Notes under the pieces: model-generated
The model's database searches: none
What the model was told of the DNA's origin: nothing
Seen by the model: only the letters and a program-made list of their open reading frames with translations
Part shown: piece after piece, positions 62,893 to 64,000 of the stretch
Position numbering within the stretch: position 1 is the stretch's first letter
Layout: every line of letters starts with the position of its first letter
Position numbers and translations under genes: made by a program
Virus record (IMG/VR): IMGVR_UViG_3300025132_007963
Coordinates: 1 to 64,000 of that record
Reading direction: 5' to 3' (one strand)
DNA: 64,000 bases
Origin: a virus

Positions 62893-64000
62893 TTAATCCT
62901 CAAAAGATGCGCCAGTATTCGTGATTACAAAATCAATTGCAATAAATTCAATTGCTCTTGCTGGTTTCAGGAATATCTTTGCATACATAATATTTCTATC
63001 AACTAAATCAGGCGTTGTGGTGGTTTCATCCAATTTTACTTTAAAATCAGTTAAACCAAGTCTTGCCTTAACGCTATCTAGGAACGGCTCGACCTGTCCA
63101 CGGAACCTATTCCAAGTCGCCTGAACATTCTGATCAAACAACAATCTAGAAGCAATTCTAGATATTTCTTTCTTAACGAAAATCATAAGTCTTCTAACAT
63201 TGATACGATCAAGTGCTGAGCGTGTCTGTTGTAGTGTCTTCTGACCAAAGATCACGATACCCTCTGCAGGGAAAGTCGCGATTGGGTTGATGTTTTGCTC
63301 ATACAAATCATCTCTCTCTTTTGACGTTAGTCTTTGAGAAACACCAACAACTGGTAGGCCGGCAGAACCCTCACTCAAGCCACCTCTGGTAAAACCAGCT
63401 GGTGCGAACCAAAGCTCGGAGTTTCTTTCGACTGATCCAAAAGTTCCGATTGCGACAACAGATGGCGGCACCCAAACTTGGGCATCGTTAACTGAGTCGT
63501 AAATCTTAACCCATGGAAAATAAGCACAACCATAACTGTTATTAAGATTTCTAGCCTTTATAGCAGTGACCGCTTCGGCAACAGAGTTGTTAGCAATTCT
63601 AGTCTTAAAATTACTAGTTGTTTCTGATGACGGTTGATAGCCGCCCTTTTCAATATCAATAACACCTAGAGCATCTGCTCTGCTTTCACAAACTTCAAGC
63701 ACTCTGTTGGTGACAAGCGGCTGACGAACACCAGGAACAGAAAGCATATTTATTTCCACTGCCTCTGGATCTGATAGCGAATCTATACCTCTCTTGATTG
63801 AGTGAGCTGCATAGTTTGACTTAAATTTTGGTGAAGTGCCAAATACTTGATCGCCAAACGGGTCTTTTTGCTTAATGTTAATACCATCAAACCCACCAAA
63901 AAGTGGTGCGGTAAAACTAGCAAATCCAGTTTCTAAAAGATCCGAGAAAGAGTTTCTTTCTGCTGTGTAAGACCTACCAACTCTTCTTGATCCCGATGCG
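62893..64000 (-). CDS. Tail sheath protein (gp18-like), 5'-truncated by window edge
   Basis: WFAPAGFTRG, INPIATFP, FGQKTL, RINVRRL, LKPARAIEFI; frame stays open upstream of 63759 (IKRGIDSLSDPEAVE). Confidence 0.93.
   Translation of the reverse strand, partial: ASGSRRVGRSYTAERNSFSDLLETGFASFTAPLFGGFDGINIKQKDPFGDQVFGTSPKFKSNYAAHSIKRGIDSLSDPEAVEINMLSVPGVRQPLVTNRVLEVCESRADALGVIDIEKGGYQPSSETTSNFKTRIANNSVAEAVTAIKARNLNNSYGCAYFPWVKIYDSVNDAQVWVPPSVVAIGTFGSVERNSELWFAPAGFTRGGLSEGSAGLPVVGVSQRLTSKERDDLYEQNINPIATFPAEGIVIFGQKTLQQTRSALDRINVRRLMIFVKKEISRIASRLLFDQNVQATWNRFRGQVEPFLDSVKARLGLTDFKVKLDETTTTPDLVDRNIMYAKIFLKPARAIEFIAIDFVITNTGASFED

Noticed and set aside
8-63124. Plus-strand ORFs in the track (e.g. 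8..367, 25530..25955, 29755..30234, 57995..58705)
   Set aside because: They are antisense shadows of well-supported minus-strand genes or low-complexity repeats, with no SD or recognisable motifs.
1-64000. Alternative genetic code (stop reassignment)
   Set aside because: Conserved genes are full-length in the standard code, and none of the three tRNAs is a suppressor.

Overview
This 64-kb window is part of a large, AT-rich, lytic tailed dsDNA phage with a contractile tail (myovirus-like). Essentially every real gene is on the minus strand. In transcription order (high to low coordinate) it runs: (1) tail module (sheath, tube, gp26-like chaperone/hub, tape measure, baseplate); (2) replication and nucleotide module (PolA-like fragment, tubulin-like protein, gp32-like SSB, FKBP, RecA, 5'-3' exonuclease, DnaB, class II RNR, ThyX, DnaE, a putative R-M pair, dUTPase, IMPDH); (3) proteostasis genes (ClpP, GroEL, a distant GroES, glutaredoxin); (4) a ~18-kb early region of tiny ORFs, three tRNAs, thymidine kinase, UvsE and a MoxR-AAA/VWA pair; (5) a ~500-bp non-coding junction near 1 kb. 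The most striking unexplained structure is non-coding. About nine near-consensus sigma70 promoters each carry an 18-bp IHF-like motif (AATRATTTCAA-N4-TTA) placed 26-27 or 38 bp upstream of the -35 box, i.e. one helical turn apart. The same motif occurs as an inverted pair flanking a G6-A-G7 tract at the early/late junction (candidate terminus, pac site or origin). About 18 KOW/SH3-like 'MKVGDLV' mini-genes occur, five of them joined by a 24-bp dual-coding junction repeat. A myxobacterial-type Cys-repeat/VWA lipoprotein hints at a Myxococcota-like or deltaproteobacterial host. All assignments come from motif recognition by eye; no database searches were run.
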